DNA of 64,000 nt from Mobula hypostoma (taxonomy: Eukaryota): NCBI RefSeq assembly GCF_963921235.1, contig NC_086118.1:27530001-27594000 (forward strand), in the 5' to 3' direction. How positions within the stretch are numbered: the first letter of the stretch is position 1; every line of letters begins with the position of its first letter. The notes under the pieces are model-generated. The model ran no database searches. It worked only from the letters and a program-made list of their open reading frames with translations, and was not told the origin of the DNA. Of this stretch, positions 10,696 to 23,221 are shown piece by piece. Position numbers and translations under genes: made by a program.

Positions 10696-13600
10696 TAAGA
10701 CATAAGACCATAAGACAAAGAAGCAGAAGTCGGCCATTTGGCCCATCGAGTCTGCTCCGCCATTTTATCATGAGCTGATCCAGTCTCCTATTTAGTCCCA
10801 CTCCCCTGCCTTCTCACCATAACCTTTGATGCCCTGGCTACTCAGATACCTATCAATCTCTGCCTTAAATACACCCAATGACTTGAACTCCACTGCCACC
10901 CGTGGCAACAAATTCCATAGATTCACCACCCTCTGGCCAAAAAAATTTCTTCACATCTCTGTTCTGAATGGGCGCCCTTCAATCCTTAAGTCATGCCCTC
11001 TTGTACTAGACTCCCCCACCATGGGAAACAATTTTGTCAGATTCACTCTGTCCATGCCTTTCAACTTTCAAAATGTTTCTATGAGGTCCCTTCTCATTTT
11101 TCTGAACTCCAAGGAATACAAACCAAGAGCAGAAAAACGTTCCTCATATGTTAACCATCTCATTCCTGGAATCATTCTAGTGAATCTCCTCTGTACCCTC
11201 TCCAAAGTCAGCACATCCTTTCTTAAATAAGGAGCCCAAATCTGCCCACAGTACTCCAAGTGAGGTCTTACCAGCGCCTTATACAGCCTCAACATCACAT
11301 CCCTGCTCCTATACTCTATTCCTCTAGAAATGAATGCCAACATTGCATTCGCCTTCTTCACCACCAACTCAACCTGGATGTTAACCTTAAGGGTATCCTG
11401 TACGAGGACTCCCAAGTCCTGTTGCATCTCAGAACTTTGAATTCTCCCCCCGTTTGAATAATAGTCTGCCCGTTTATTTCTTCTGCCAAAGTGTATAACC
11501 ATGCACTTTCCAACATTGTATTTCATTTGCCACTTCTTTGCCCATTCTTCCAATCTATCCAAGTCTCTCTGCAGACTCTCTGTTTCCTCAGCACTACCGG
11601 CCCCTCCACTTACCTTTATATCATCAGCAAACTTAGACACAAAGCCATCTATTCCATAATCCAAATTTTGATGTACAACGTAAAAAGAAGCAGCCCCAAC
11701 ACAGACCCCTGTGGAGCACCACTGGTACCCAGCAGCCAACCAGAACAGGATCCCTTAATTCCCACTCTCTGTTTCCTGCCAATCAGCCAATGCCCTATCT
11801 ACGTATGTAACTTTCCCTTAATTCCATGGGCTCTTATCTTGTTAAGCAGCCTCATATGTGGCACCTTGTCAAAGGCCTTCTGAAAATTCAAATATACAGC
11901 ATCCTCTGCATCTCCCTTGTCTAGCCTACTTGTAATTTCCTCAAAAAATTATAATAGGTTTGTCAGGCGGGATTTTCTTTTAAGGAAACCATGCTGAGTT
12001 CTGCCTATCTTGTCATATGGGTCCAGGTTCTCCATAACCTCATCCTTGACAATTGACTCCAACAACTTCCCAACCACTGATGTCAAGCTAACAGGTCTAT
12101 AATTTCCTTTTTGCTTCCTTGCCCCCTTCTTAAATAGCGGAGTGACATTTGCAATCTTCCAGTCCTCCGGAACCATGCCAGAATCTTATCGAGATTTGAA
12201 AGGTCATTGCTAATGCCTCCACAGTCTCCACAGCTACTTCCTTCAGAACACGAGGGTGCATTCCATCTGGTCCAGGAGATCTTTCAGTTAGACTATTCAG
12301 TTTCCTGAATACTTTCTCTGTTGTAATTGTGACTGTGCACATTTCTCTTCCCTGCCACCCTTGAGTGTCAGGTATACTGCTGATGTCTTCCTCAGTGAAG
12401 ACTGATGCAAAATACTTGTTCAGTTCCTCCACCATCTCCTTATCTCCCATTACAATTTCTCCATCAACATTTTCTATCGGTTCTATATCTACTCTCACTT
12501 GTCTTTTGCTCTTTATATACTTGAAAAAACTTTTAGTATCCTCTTTGATATTATTTTCTAGCTTCCTTTCATAGTTCATCTTTTCCCTCTTAATGACCTT
12601 CTTAGTTTCCTTTTGTAAGCTTTTAAAAACTTCCCAATCCTCTGTCTTCCCACGAATTTTTCCTTCCTTGTATGCCCTCTCCTTTGCTGTAACTTTGGTT
12701 TTGACTTCTCTTGTCAGCCATGGTTGCCTCCTTTTTCCATTCGAAAATTTCTTCTTTTTTGGAATATACCTGTCTTGCACCTTCCTCACTTCTCGCATAA
12801 ACTCCAGCCACTGCTGCTCTGCCGTCCTTCCTGTTAGTGTCCCTTTCCAGTCAACTTTGTCCAGTTCTTCTCTCATGCCACTGTAATTTTCTTTACTCCA
12901 CTGAAATACCGATACATCGAATTTCGGTTTCGCTTTTTAAAATTTCACAGTAAACTCAGTCATGTTATGGTCACTGTCTCCTAGGGGTTCCTTCACCTCA
13001 ATCTCTCTAATCACCTCCGGTTCATTACACAATACCCAATCCAGTACAGCTGATCGCCTAGTGGGCTCAACAACAAGCTGTTCTAAAAAGCCATCTCACA
13101 GACATTCTGCAAATTCTCTCTCTTGAGATCCAGTGCCGACCTGATTTTCCCAATCCACTCGCATGTTAAAATCCCCCACAATTATCATAACACTGCCCTT
13201 CTGACAAGCCTTTTCGATTTCCTGTTGTAATTTGTAGCCCACATCACTGCAGCTGTTTGGAGGCCTATAAATAACTGCCATCAGGGTCCTTTTACCCCTG
13301 CTATTCCTTAGCTCAACCCATAAAGATTCTGCACCTTCCGATCTTATGTCACCTCTTTCTAATGATTTGATATCATTTCTTACCAATAAAGCCACGCCAC
13401 CCCCTCTGCCTACCTTCCTATCCTTCGGATACACTGTATATCCTTGGATGTTCAGCTCCCAGAGACATGCATCCTTTAGCCACGTCTCAGTGATGGCCAC
13501 AATATCATACCTGCCAATCTGCAGCTGTACGACAAGATCATTCACCTTATTCCTTATGCTGTATGCATTTAAGTATAACGCCTTAAGACTGATATTTAGT

Positions 13601-14556
13601 ACTTTTTGCTTTGATTGCACTGCAACTCATCCCAATGGTTGCAAATTTGCCCCATCACCTGCCTGGCTTTCCTGACATCTTTACTGCTCACTATCTTAGA
13701 TTTATTTCTGTTTTCTCCTTTCTTCGCTCTATCATTCTGGTTCCCATCCCCCTGCCAAATTAGTTTAAACCCTCCCTAACAGCTCTATTAAACCTTCCCG
13801 CCAGGATATTGGTCCCCTTTGGGTTCAGGTGTAACCTGTCCATTTTAAACAGGTCATACTTCCCCCAGAAGAGATCCCTATGATCCAAGAATATGAAGCT
13901 CTGCCCCCTGCACCAGTCTCTCAGCCACGCATTCATCTGCCTGATCCTACTATTCTTGCCCTCACTCGCACGTGGCACAGGTAGCAATCCCAAGATTTAC
14001 TACCCTGGAGGTCCTGCTTCTCAGCTTCCTTCCTAACTCCTGGAAATCGCTCTTCAGGATCTCCTCCCTTCTCCTATCTATGTCATTGGTACCAACATGT
14101 ACCAAGCTCTCAGGATGAGGCTTTTCATTCTAGGATGAGGGAAATGTCTTCCTTTTTTAAAGAAAGGGGCTTCCCTTCCTCCACTATCAACTCTGCTCTT
14201 AAACACATCTCCCCCATTTCACGTACATCTGCTCTCACTCCATCCTCCCACCTCCCCACTAGGAATAGGGTTGCCCTGGTCCTCACCTACCACCCCTCCA
14301 GCCTCCGGGTCCAACATATTATTCTCCGTAACTTCCACCACCTCCAACGGGATCCCACCACTAAGCACATCTTTTCCTCCCCCCCCCTGCATTCCGCAGG
14401 GATCGCTCCCTACGCAACTCCCTTGTCCATTCGTCCCCCCCATCCCTCCCCACTGATCTCCCTCCTGGCACTTATCCGTGTAAGCGGAACAAGTGCTACA
14501 CATGCCCTTACACTTCCTCCCTTACCACCATTCAGGGCCCCAAACAGTCCTTCCAG

Positions 14557-14883
14557 GTGAGGCAACACTTCACCTGTGAGTCGGCTGGGGTGATATACTG
14601 CGTCCGGTGCTCCCGATGTGGCCTTTTATATATCGGCGAGACCCGACGCAGACCGGGAGGCCGCTTTGCTGAACACCTACGCTCTGTCCGCCAGAGAAAG
14701 CAGGATCTCCCAGTGGCCACACATTTTAATTCCACATCCCATTCCCATTCTGACATGTCTATCCACGGCCTCCTCTACTGTAAAGATGAAGCCACACTCA
14801 GGTTGGAGGAACAACACCTTATATTCCGTCTGGGTAGCCTCCAACCTGATGGCATGAACATCGACTTCTCTAACTTCCGCTAA
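14557..14883 (+). CDS. Penelope GIY-YIG endonuclease domain (fragment)
   Basis: FTCESAGVIYCVRCSRCGLLYIGETRR..RFAEHL..VATHFN..LEEQHLI..GMN. Confidence 0.9.
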   Translation: MRQHFTCESAGVIYCVRCSRCGLLYIGETRRRPGGRFAEHLRSVRQRKQDLPVATHFNSTSHSHSDMSIHGLLYCKDEATLRLEEQHLIFRLGSLQPDGMNIDFSNFR

Positions 14884-15176
14884 TGCCCCACCTCCCCCTC
14901 GTACCCCATCTGTTACTTATTTTTATACACACATTCTTTCTCTCACTCTCCTTTTTCTCCCTCTGTCCCTCTGAATATACCCCTTGCCCATCCTCTGGGT
15001 CCCCCCCTCCTTGTCTTTCTTCCCAGACCTCCTGTCCCATGATCCTCTCGTATCTCTTTTGCCTATCATCTGTCCAGCTCTTGGCTCCATCCCTCCCCCT
15101 CCTGTCTTCTCCTATCATTTTGCATCTCCCCCTCCCCCTCCAACTTTCAGATCCCTTACTCAATCTTCCTTTAGTT

Positions 15177-15212
15177 AGTCCTGACGAAGGGTCTCGGCCT
15201 GAAACGTCGACT
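15177..15212 (+). ncRNA. Minimal type I hammerhead ribozyme, intact core
   Basis: agtc-CTGACGA-a-gggt ctcg gcct-GAAA-C-GTC-gact: stem I agtc/gact, stem II, palindromic ACGT stem III, GUC cleavage triplet. Confidence 0.88.
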
Positions 15213-16589
15213 GCACCTCTTCCTAGAGATGCTGCCTGGCCTGCTGCGTTCACCAGCAACTTTTATGTGTGTTGCTTGAATTTCCAGCATCTGCAGAATT
15301 CCTGTTGTTTATGTACTAAGACAACTGGCTGCTCACCCTCTCCCCTCAGAATATTCTGGACCCGATCCAAGACATCCTATACCCTGGCACCTGGGAGGCA
15401 ACACACCATGCGGGTATCTCTATCAGGCTCACAGAATCTCCTGTCTGTTCCCCTGACTATGGAATCCCCTATGACTACCACATTCCTCTTCTCCCTCCTT
15501 CCCTCCTGCACAACAGTGCCAGGCTCAGTGCCAGAGACCTGGTCACCGTGGGCATCCCCTGTCAGGTCATCCCCCTCAACAGCACCCAGAACAAGATACT
15601 TGTTGCTGAGGGGGACAGCCACAGGGGTGCTCTCCACTATCCAGGCATTTCCCTTCCCTCTCCTGACAGTCACCCAGTGTTCTGACTCCTGTAGCCTAGG
15701 GATGACTACCTCCCTGTAGCTCCTGTCTATCACCTCTTCACTTTCCCTAATAAGCAGTAGGTCATCAAGCTGCAGCTCCAGATCCCTAACATGGTCTCTG
15801 AGGAGCTGCATCTCGGTGCACCTGGCGCAGATGTGGCCATCAGGGAGGCTGGAGGTCTCCCAGGATTCCCACATCTGACACCCTGAACAAAGCACTAACC
15901 CTGTAGACATGCTTTCTAATTCTACAGGAATGAAACAGGAAAAATAAGTCTACTCACCCCCTTACCTCAACAAACAGACGAATCTTTTAAACCGTTAGCT
16001 CATACCATTAGCTGTGTGAGCCCTGCTGTTCCTGTCTGTCCGGGCCTATTCGCCAGGGGGATAAAAAGAGTTGGTCCCTCGCTCTCGCTTCTTCCCATTA
16101 CTGCCAAAGCCCTACAATCTGCTGCCACTCACTCCACTGCCCGCTCCGACCGCTGTCCACTGTATAGAGTGGTCTCCTTTTTAAACTCTTCGCGCTGTCC
16201 TGTCTACGTCACGCGCCTGCGCAGTCTCGTCCTTCTCGCACTGGAAGAAGTTTTTAAAAAACTGTCTTCCTTCAGAATACAGCTCCCATGCCGCTCTGCT
16301 TGTCCCGATCCACAAGACAGCCGTTGGAAGTACCCTTCCCTTTGTAAACTCTCTGCGCTGTCCTGTCTACGTCAATAAGAACTATGCAGGCCAAACGTGA
16401 AAAAAAAATTGCTCAAGGGATTCTGTTTCTTAGGATTTCTATGTCTGAGAAGATCGTGGGTTATCTGGACAGTGAATTAAAATGCAATTTTTTATGTTGC
16501 ACCTTGGAGGTATATAGACTTATTTTCAAAGTGTGGTATTAGTGCACCCATTCGTTGGAATTAGAGCTTTCTGATTTAAAAAAAACTTG

Positions 16590-17440
16590 AGTTCAAATTT
16601 CAAAGTTCAAAGTAAATTTACTATCAAAGAATATATATATCACCAGATACTACCCTGACATTTATCTTCGAGCGGGCATTCACAGTAGATACAGAGAAAC
16701 ACGGTAGAATCAATAAACAACTTTACACAGACAAAGACAAACAACCAGTGCGCAAAAGATGACAAAATTGTGTAAGTACAAAAAGAAACACAAAATAATA
16801 ATTATAAATAAATAATATTAGAACTTAGAACAAACATAGAATAGTACAGCACAGTACAGGCCCTTCGGCCCACAATGTTGTGCTGACCCTCAAACCCTGC
16901 CTCTCATATAAGCCCCCACCTTAAATTCCTCCATATACCTGTCTACCTATTATTGAGAACACGAATCCATAGGTTGTAGAATCAGTTCAGTTCTGGGGTG
17001 AGTAAAGTTATCCATATTGATTCAGGACCCTGAAGTCTGAGGGATAATTACTGTTGTTGAATCTGGTGGTATGGGACCTAAGGCTCTTGTACTCTATTCC
17101 TGATGGTAGCAACAAGTCGAGGTCATGGCCTGAACGGTGTGGCTACTTGTTGATGGATGCTGCTTTCTTGTGAGAGCGCCACTTGTAGATGGGCTCAGTG
17201 GTGGGAAGGCCATTACCTGTGATGGACTGGGCTGCATCCACATACTCATTGTAGACTTTTCTATTCGAGGACATGGGGTTTCCACACCAGGCCATGATGC
17301 AACTGGTCAAGATACTCTCCACTGTGCATCTATAGAAGTTTGTTAAAGTTTTTAGAAGGCATGCCAAATTTGTGCAAATCTCTGAGAAAATAAAGGTAGT
17401 GCCATGCCTTCTTTGTCTGTGCATCTTCCATGCATTTGTG
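16590..17440 (-). mobile_element. Rex1/Babar-type LINE 3' portion, with a CR1 tail inserted at about 16822-16947
   Basis: TLTNFYRCTVESILTSCIMAWCGN and KKAASI motifs, with a tttgaac-repeat tail. Confidence 0.8.
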
Positions 17441-17769
17441 TTCTGGCCCCAGGACAAATTCTATGAAATGATAAAGCCAAGGAAATCTGTAGTTGAGAAC
17501 CACAGACCCGGGCTGAAGATTTGTTGGCATGAGTTCAAATTCCACCATAGTCATCAGAGAAATTAGATTCAATAAATTACTGACCACTACGAATCCAGAA
17601 GGTCTTCAGTTCAATCTCCTGATCATGGAAGTTCTCTAGACATAGTCAAATTAGCTTAACCACCTCAAATGGGCAAAATAAATCTGCAAGGTTGCCTCCA
17701 CCATTACCCCCCAGCATCAAAGGATTTTTATTAATTTGCCCATTGGGTAAAGGTGAAGCCAGATCTGAC

Positions 17770-17858
17770 TTGTGCCTCCCAAGTCAATCGCTTGTCGACT
17801 TTCGCTGCTGGGTCAGCTCTGTGTAATTTCTGATGAGATCTCTGAGCACTGTAAAGAC
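17770..17858 (-). CDS. Candidate 89-nt host exon
   Basis: Acceptor gtccttttacttggtgtgtttgacag and a weak donor CAA|gtcaga. Phase-1 reading (G)LYSAQRSHQKLHRADPAAKVDKRLTWEAQ. Lies in non-repeat sequence. Confidence 0.35.
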
Positions 17859-18439
17859 CTGTCAAACACACCAAGTAAAAGGACAACTTGAGCATAAAAA
17901 CTGGCAAAAATGAAAGCTTCAGAACACCAGGTTCCAATTCTTTTGTAGCAACAAGATTCTCTGAGTGGATACTCAACGCCTGAATGCTTACTTTGTTCAA
18001 AGCAATGCATTCCAGATGTCAGTCTTTCAAAACCTACTGCATATGCATGAAAAACATTCACCAGCAGGTGTGAATTACAGAATGAGTATGATTCATCCCA
18101 GTGCTAATTCCTAACTAGTTCCACATTAGAACATGGAACACAACTATAGGAGAACTTGAGAAAATAGAAGTAGGTCATTTCCCCTACAATTTAGTATGAT
18201 CAAGGTTGATGTGTCCATCTATGTCAATTGTCATGGAGCTCAGTTATTTCTTTCAAAAAAAATGTATGTACTTCCCTTTTTAGCAATTGACATTTAGCTA
18301 TGATCTCCTAGAAGCCTCTTGGTAGAGAACCCAGAGATTCAACACTCAGGTTTTGTTTATTTCATTATTTCAGTGTCTTCATGTCAGTATCTTAGTATCA
18401 TACTAACTTTCATTCTAGGCATTTTACTCTTTCTTATCT

Positions 18440-18940
18440 GCTGCCGTGATGAGGCAACACACTCAGTTGGAGGAGCAACACCTTATATTCCATGTGGGTA
18501 GCCTCCAACCTGATGGCATGAACATGGATTTCTCAAACTTCTGGTAATTGCCCCCACCCCTTCAGCATTCCCTATTCCCATTTCCCTCTCTCACCTTATC
18601 TCCTACCTGCTCATTGATTCCCTCTGGTGCTCCATCCCTTCCCTTTCTTCCATGGCCTTCTGTCCTCTCCTATCAGATTCCCCCTTCTTTAGCCCTTTAT
18701 ATCCTTCACCAATCAACTTCCCAGCTCTTTACTTCACACCTCTCCCTCTCACGGTTTCACCTATCCCTTACTACCTTGTACTTCTTCCTCACCGCCCCCC
18801 CACCCCTGGCCTCCTTCTTACTCTGAATTCTCCCCCTTTCCAGTCCTGAAGGAGGTTGTCAGCCTGAAACGTCGACTGCTTACTCCTTTTCCGTAGATGC
18901 TGCCTGGCCTGCTGAGTTCCTCCAGCATTTTGTGTGTGTT
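18440..18940 (+). mobile_element. Penelope-like element 3' fragment with mutated hammerhead (18841-18877)
   Basis: DEATH.LEEQHLIF..GSLQPDGMN tail, then cagtc-ctgaagg..gaaac-gtc-gactg. Confidence 0.88.
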
Positions 18941-19482
18941 ACTATTACTATTCTTCATCAGCATTAATACATCAGTTTTGTTCATTAATCAATTTCTGGA
19001 TTAAAAAGAAACTAAATTGTCCCTTGATTAAGTTAGAGTTAGATCAGGGCGTTGCTGGTGGAATGGCTTGAAGGGCTGGAAGTACCTGTTCTGTATTGTA
19101 TTTCAATAAATTTAAAAAAATTGTGATGGGGATAACATTTTAGAACATCCAAGTTCAAGTGAAAATACAAATGTAGTATAGTTAACCTACATGCTACTCA
19201 GAGAGATGAACTCCTGAGTAAAACTTCATTTGGATCATTGGGAGAACTAATAGCCTTGGCAGTCTTCGTAACTCTACAACACAAATGTGCTGTCAGTTAA
19301 TAACCAAATGTTGAACTTGTCTTGACACCAGTGTTATATAACTAACCTTACAATGATTAATTAATTGTGAAAGACTAACAGGTGAAGTTATAAAACTTGG
19401 AGTGGCTGCTCCTTAGATATTTTGGAGTTTTTAAATTTGTGATAAAACTCCATTAAAACATAACAAACTGTCATAATAGCTA

Positions 19483-20020
19483 CACACATAAAAGTTGCTG
19501 GTGAACGCAGCAGGCCAGGCAGCTTCTCTAGGAAGAGGTACAGTCGATGTTTCGGGCCGAGACCCTTCATCAAGACTAACTGAAAGAAGAGCTAGTAAGA
19601 GATTTGAAAGTGGGAGGGGGAGGGGAGATCAGAAATGATAGGAGAAGACAGGAGGAGGAGGGATGGAGCCAAGAGTTGGACAGGTGATTGGCAAAAAGGA
19701 TATGAGAGGATCATGGGACAGGAGGCCTAGGGAGAAAGAAAAGGGGGAGGGGGGAAGCCCAGAGGATAGGCAAAGGGTATAGTGAGAGGGACAGAGGGAG
19801 AAAAAGGAGAGAGAGAAAACGAAAGTGTGTATATAAATAAATAAATAATGGATGGGGTATGAGGGGGAGGTGGGGCATTAGCGGAAGTTTGAGAAGTCAA
19901 TGTTCATGCCATCAGGTTGGAGGCTACCCAGACGGGATATAAGGTGTTGTTCCTTCAACCTGAGTGTGGCTTCATCTTTACAGTAGAGTAGGCTGTGGAT
20001 ATCTTTACAGTAGAGAAGGC
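19483..20020 (-). mobile_element. Penelope-like element 3' fragment
   Basis: Close match to the reverse complement of about 14770-15270. TSD cataatagcta (19472-19482) / cataacagcta (20021-20031). Hammerhead at 19542-19577 has TTGATGA in place of CTGATGA. Confidence 0.92.
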
Positions 20021-20034
20021 CATAACAGCTATAC

Positions 20035-20051
20035 CTTTTCTCCTTAAAAAC
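20035..20051 (-). CDS. Candidate 17-nt micro-exon
   Basis: atatttttctatcag|GTTTTTAAGGAGAAAAG|gtatag. Bridges phase 2 to phase 1 between the 50070 and 17770 candidates. Confidence 0.25.
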
Positions 20052-20799
20052 CTGATAGAAAAATATTCTGGCAGTTTTATTAAAACAGAATGAATAAAAA
20101 AACTGAGTTACAAATAATATCATAACATTGGTAATTGAAATAATAATGCATTTTTTGAACTGCATGCCACCTCAAGTGTAAATTTTTAATCAATATTTTA
20201 TTCTGAGGAAATTGAGACACTTTCTTTTTTAAATGTATATGTATGATTTTCTGCTGAAGGTTAGAATTTGAGCTACTTGAATGGAAATAATTAAGATGAT
20301 ATCAATTTACCTCATGGGCTAATGCCTAAATTTAAACAAATCATTCAACCATTTCCAAAAATGCTGCTGGATGTTTTGAGTAAAATTGAACAGATCATGA
20401 ATAGTATTTGTTTTTAAGGATCAGATCAGAAATTTGTAGCTTTATTGTTTATAGTCACTTAGTTTACTAGTAAAGCTAATTTGATAATGGGTTTAGTCAA
20501 AATCATTTCTTCTTTCTTCTACATTTCATAGAGTCATAGCAAATGTATGCAACAGAAAATGTTATTCAGCATATCATATCTGTGCTTGCTGAGAATGAGG
20601 TATCCAAAATAATCCCAGCCCTGGTTCATAGTCCTGCAGGTCTTGGGGCCATAGTCATACAGCATGCATACCAGCCATTCAGCCCATTATGTCAATGATT
20701 AGGCACCCATCCATATTATTTCCACCTTTCAGCACTTGATCCATTGCCTTCAAAGCCTACATAATTTAAGTGCTAATCCAAATGCTTCTTAAATGCTCT

Positions 20800-21620
20800 C
20801 AGGTTTCAAAGGTTTTAAAGGTACATTTAATGTCAGAGAAATATATACAATATACATCCTGAAAAGCGTTTTCTTCACAATCATCCACGGAAATAGAGGA
20901 GTGCCCCAAAGAATGAAAGTCAGTTAAATGTTAGAACACCAAAGATCCCCCCAGCTACCTTCCCTCCCATGTGTAAGCGGCAGCAAGCAACAATCTCCCC
21001 ACCCCCGGCAAAGAAAAGCATCAGCACCTACCACCGAGCACTCAAGCATGAGCAGAGCAATTGTAAAGACACAGACTTGCAGTTACCCCAAAGACTACAT
21101 TGTTTATCCAGCATTCGACATACCACAGGCTCTCTCTCTCTCTGTCCCTAATAAGGAGCAAGAGATGTCTCCATTTTCACAGCGAGCAGGAGACATAACA
21201 AACAACTCGTTGGTTTACAATGTTAAAAGTTCATTACATCGCTGTTTTCAAGTTCTGTGCCCAAAGATCTTGAGTCTCTGGGCACACAGCTATAGATATT
21301 CCGACTCCCCCGATGACACACAGGTCTCCTGCCTTGACATTGACCTTCGATCTGACCGTCTTCAGAGCCCCAAGATCCTAGGCCTCCAAAACTGAGCTGA
21401 ACTCTTAGGCCGAGCGCTTGATGTACTGACAATGGCTGGTTATGAAATGCTGAGAGCAGGTCCCACTCCCACAAAGAACCATAGTCAGCGTGTAACTCCA
21501 GGTCAGGGTCTTCAAAAGAACCCTGAAGGGGAAAAATAAAGATATTAAAGATGGAGCTGTTTTTGAAGATGCAAGCAAAGGATTCACTGTTCAGCGCCAT
21601 CATCACTCCGCTCGGCCTCC
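20800..21620 (-). mobile_element. Non-autonomous retroelement of about 820 bp, inserted in a CR1 tail fragment (about 20650-21670)
   Basis: 5' end carries a gatggcgc (YY1-like) motif. 3' tail tctctgacattaaatgtacctttaaaacctttgaaac. No convincing ORF. Confidence 0.55.
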
Positions 21621-21854
21621 GAATGTCACTACTCAGTGACTACTTCCACCACTCTCTCTAGGGGCATTCTTGGTACAACTTTTTGACTGACTAAGGTCCC
21701 CATTAGATATCCGGATGAAGGGACCCAACCTGAAACAGTGAATATCTACTTCCCTCCACTGAGTCCTCTAACAGTATGTTTTTGGCTCCCCTTATAAAAC
21801 TCTATTATTCCTTATCCTAAGGTTATAGCTTTCCATACAAACATTCAAGCACTA

Positions 21855-22275
21855 CGTAGCAGCAACACTAATCCAAAATCAAAGCAATTGCTGCAAGCCT
21901 GGGACCACCACAGCATTGTTATACTTGCCTGACGTATCCTTAGCTCTAATAAAATGATTGTTCCAAGGCATCAAATTCCTTATTTCAATATTGTATTAGC
22001 AATTAGCTTACATAGAATTCAGCACTATTAAGTGATATTAAGTGGTCAGCAAAGATATGACCTCTACCTGTCCCAATCCACAAACTGCCATGAAATAAGC
22101 AAGAACACTTATTCCCATCGCTTTTACCACACCACCAGTAATGTGACTAGTTACCATAATAAACTTAATAAATGGGCAATGCAGATACATGTCTCCTACA
22201 TCCCAGCCCCCTAATTATTATACTACATTAATTACAACTACATACTACTAAGACACAGGAGATGTGAAATCTCAA
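21855..22275 (-). repeat. BEL/Pao 3' LTR
   Basis: Minus strand TGTTGAG...CTAC(G). Aligns with 32067-32440 (ttgttatacttgc, ttagctctaat, atattaagtggtcagcaaagata). Confidence 0.75.
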
Positions 22276-23221
22276 CATTTACACAAATGTTCTCTTTTGG
22301 TAAGCAGTCTATCCTGGATTGTGTTCTTCTCCTGCCAAACCTGTTTGTCCCTCCTGAATGCATTCAGGAAAATCTATCTTGAAACACTGCTGCCAAAGCT
22401 CATCCAACTGTAAAACTGAAGTCACATTAACCATTAGCCCTTGCTGAGCGTAGTCTCTTCCACCATCATGGCTTCCTTTCAATGCCCTATTAACAGTCCA
22501 ACCTAGCATTGCTCTGATTGCATAGGGTTCATCATTAACACTGCGAATCACTTGCAACTGCTCCAACGCTTTAGGCAAGTTCAGCCCTATCAACACGTCA
22601 ATTTCTGAATCAATATCCGGCAAATAGACATGCTTCAAGGGGAATCATTCTGGAAGATCTCTCTGATGAGGCATGTTCCCTTTGTAGACAGGTATACGTT
22701 CCTGTGTGTAGCCGTTAGGCAGTTCACAATAACTTTCACTCTCTAAGCCAGCCACTTCCAGTCCTGAAACTACTGACAACCTTCTCCTGACTCATGAGAG
22801 AATGCATGTTTTTTTTCCTGTCAGGTTGAGCTTGATTATGAGGCTTTCTGTCCAAATCACTGATGTACATCCTTGATCTAGAAAGCATAAGTAACCACTG
22901 TCTTGTTACTTTTCTTAGATATCACTTGAACTGGAATTATAGGAAGTTTACAAACATGACCACCAGCCCCCATAAAACCACTACATACCAGAATGGTACT
23001 CTCTGCAGTGTTTGCTTCATTCATGGCTTGTTACAAATGTGCACTCTTTTCATCAGTTTCACTTTCCATTGTAGCCACGGTAGTGACAAAGTTTTGGCTT
23101 GAGAACGAATTTGTGATCCAGTTTTGTTCACGCCTTTACTTACTGCCGGCGATATAGCATTGTATTTTTTTCCAGGCACTGCGTGTGTAGCAATCTTCAC
23201 TTGCCATTCATTAAAATCAAC

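Larger units (their letters stand above)
14107..15310 (+). mobile_element. Penelope-like element 3' portion (GIY-YIG endonuclease plus pLTR)
   Basis: GIY-YIG ORF, pyrimidine-rich UTR and hammerhead. TSD atgtaccaag (14097-14106) / atgtactaag (15311-15320). Confidence 0.93.
10696..16374 (-). mobile_element. Full-length CR1 LINE, frameshifted, with a Penelope insertion in ORF1
   Basis: 3' tail cataagac repeats at about 10700. ORF2 pieces 13096-13620, 12130-12876, 11949-12176 and 11068-11739. ORF1 pieces 15377-15910 (CSGC..CARC, VVIGDSIVRG) and 13760-13993 (DRLHLN). Confidence 0.95.

Noticed and set aside
14883..15719. 278-aa plus-strand ORF
   Set aside because: Runs through low-complexity PLE UTR into antisense CR1 ORF1, so it is a chance frame across an insertion junction.
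16178..16187. TTTAAAC near the CR1 5' end as another slippery site
   Set aside because: Non-coding and on the opposite strand; it is part of the TATA-like module.
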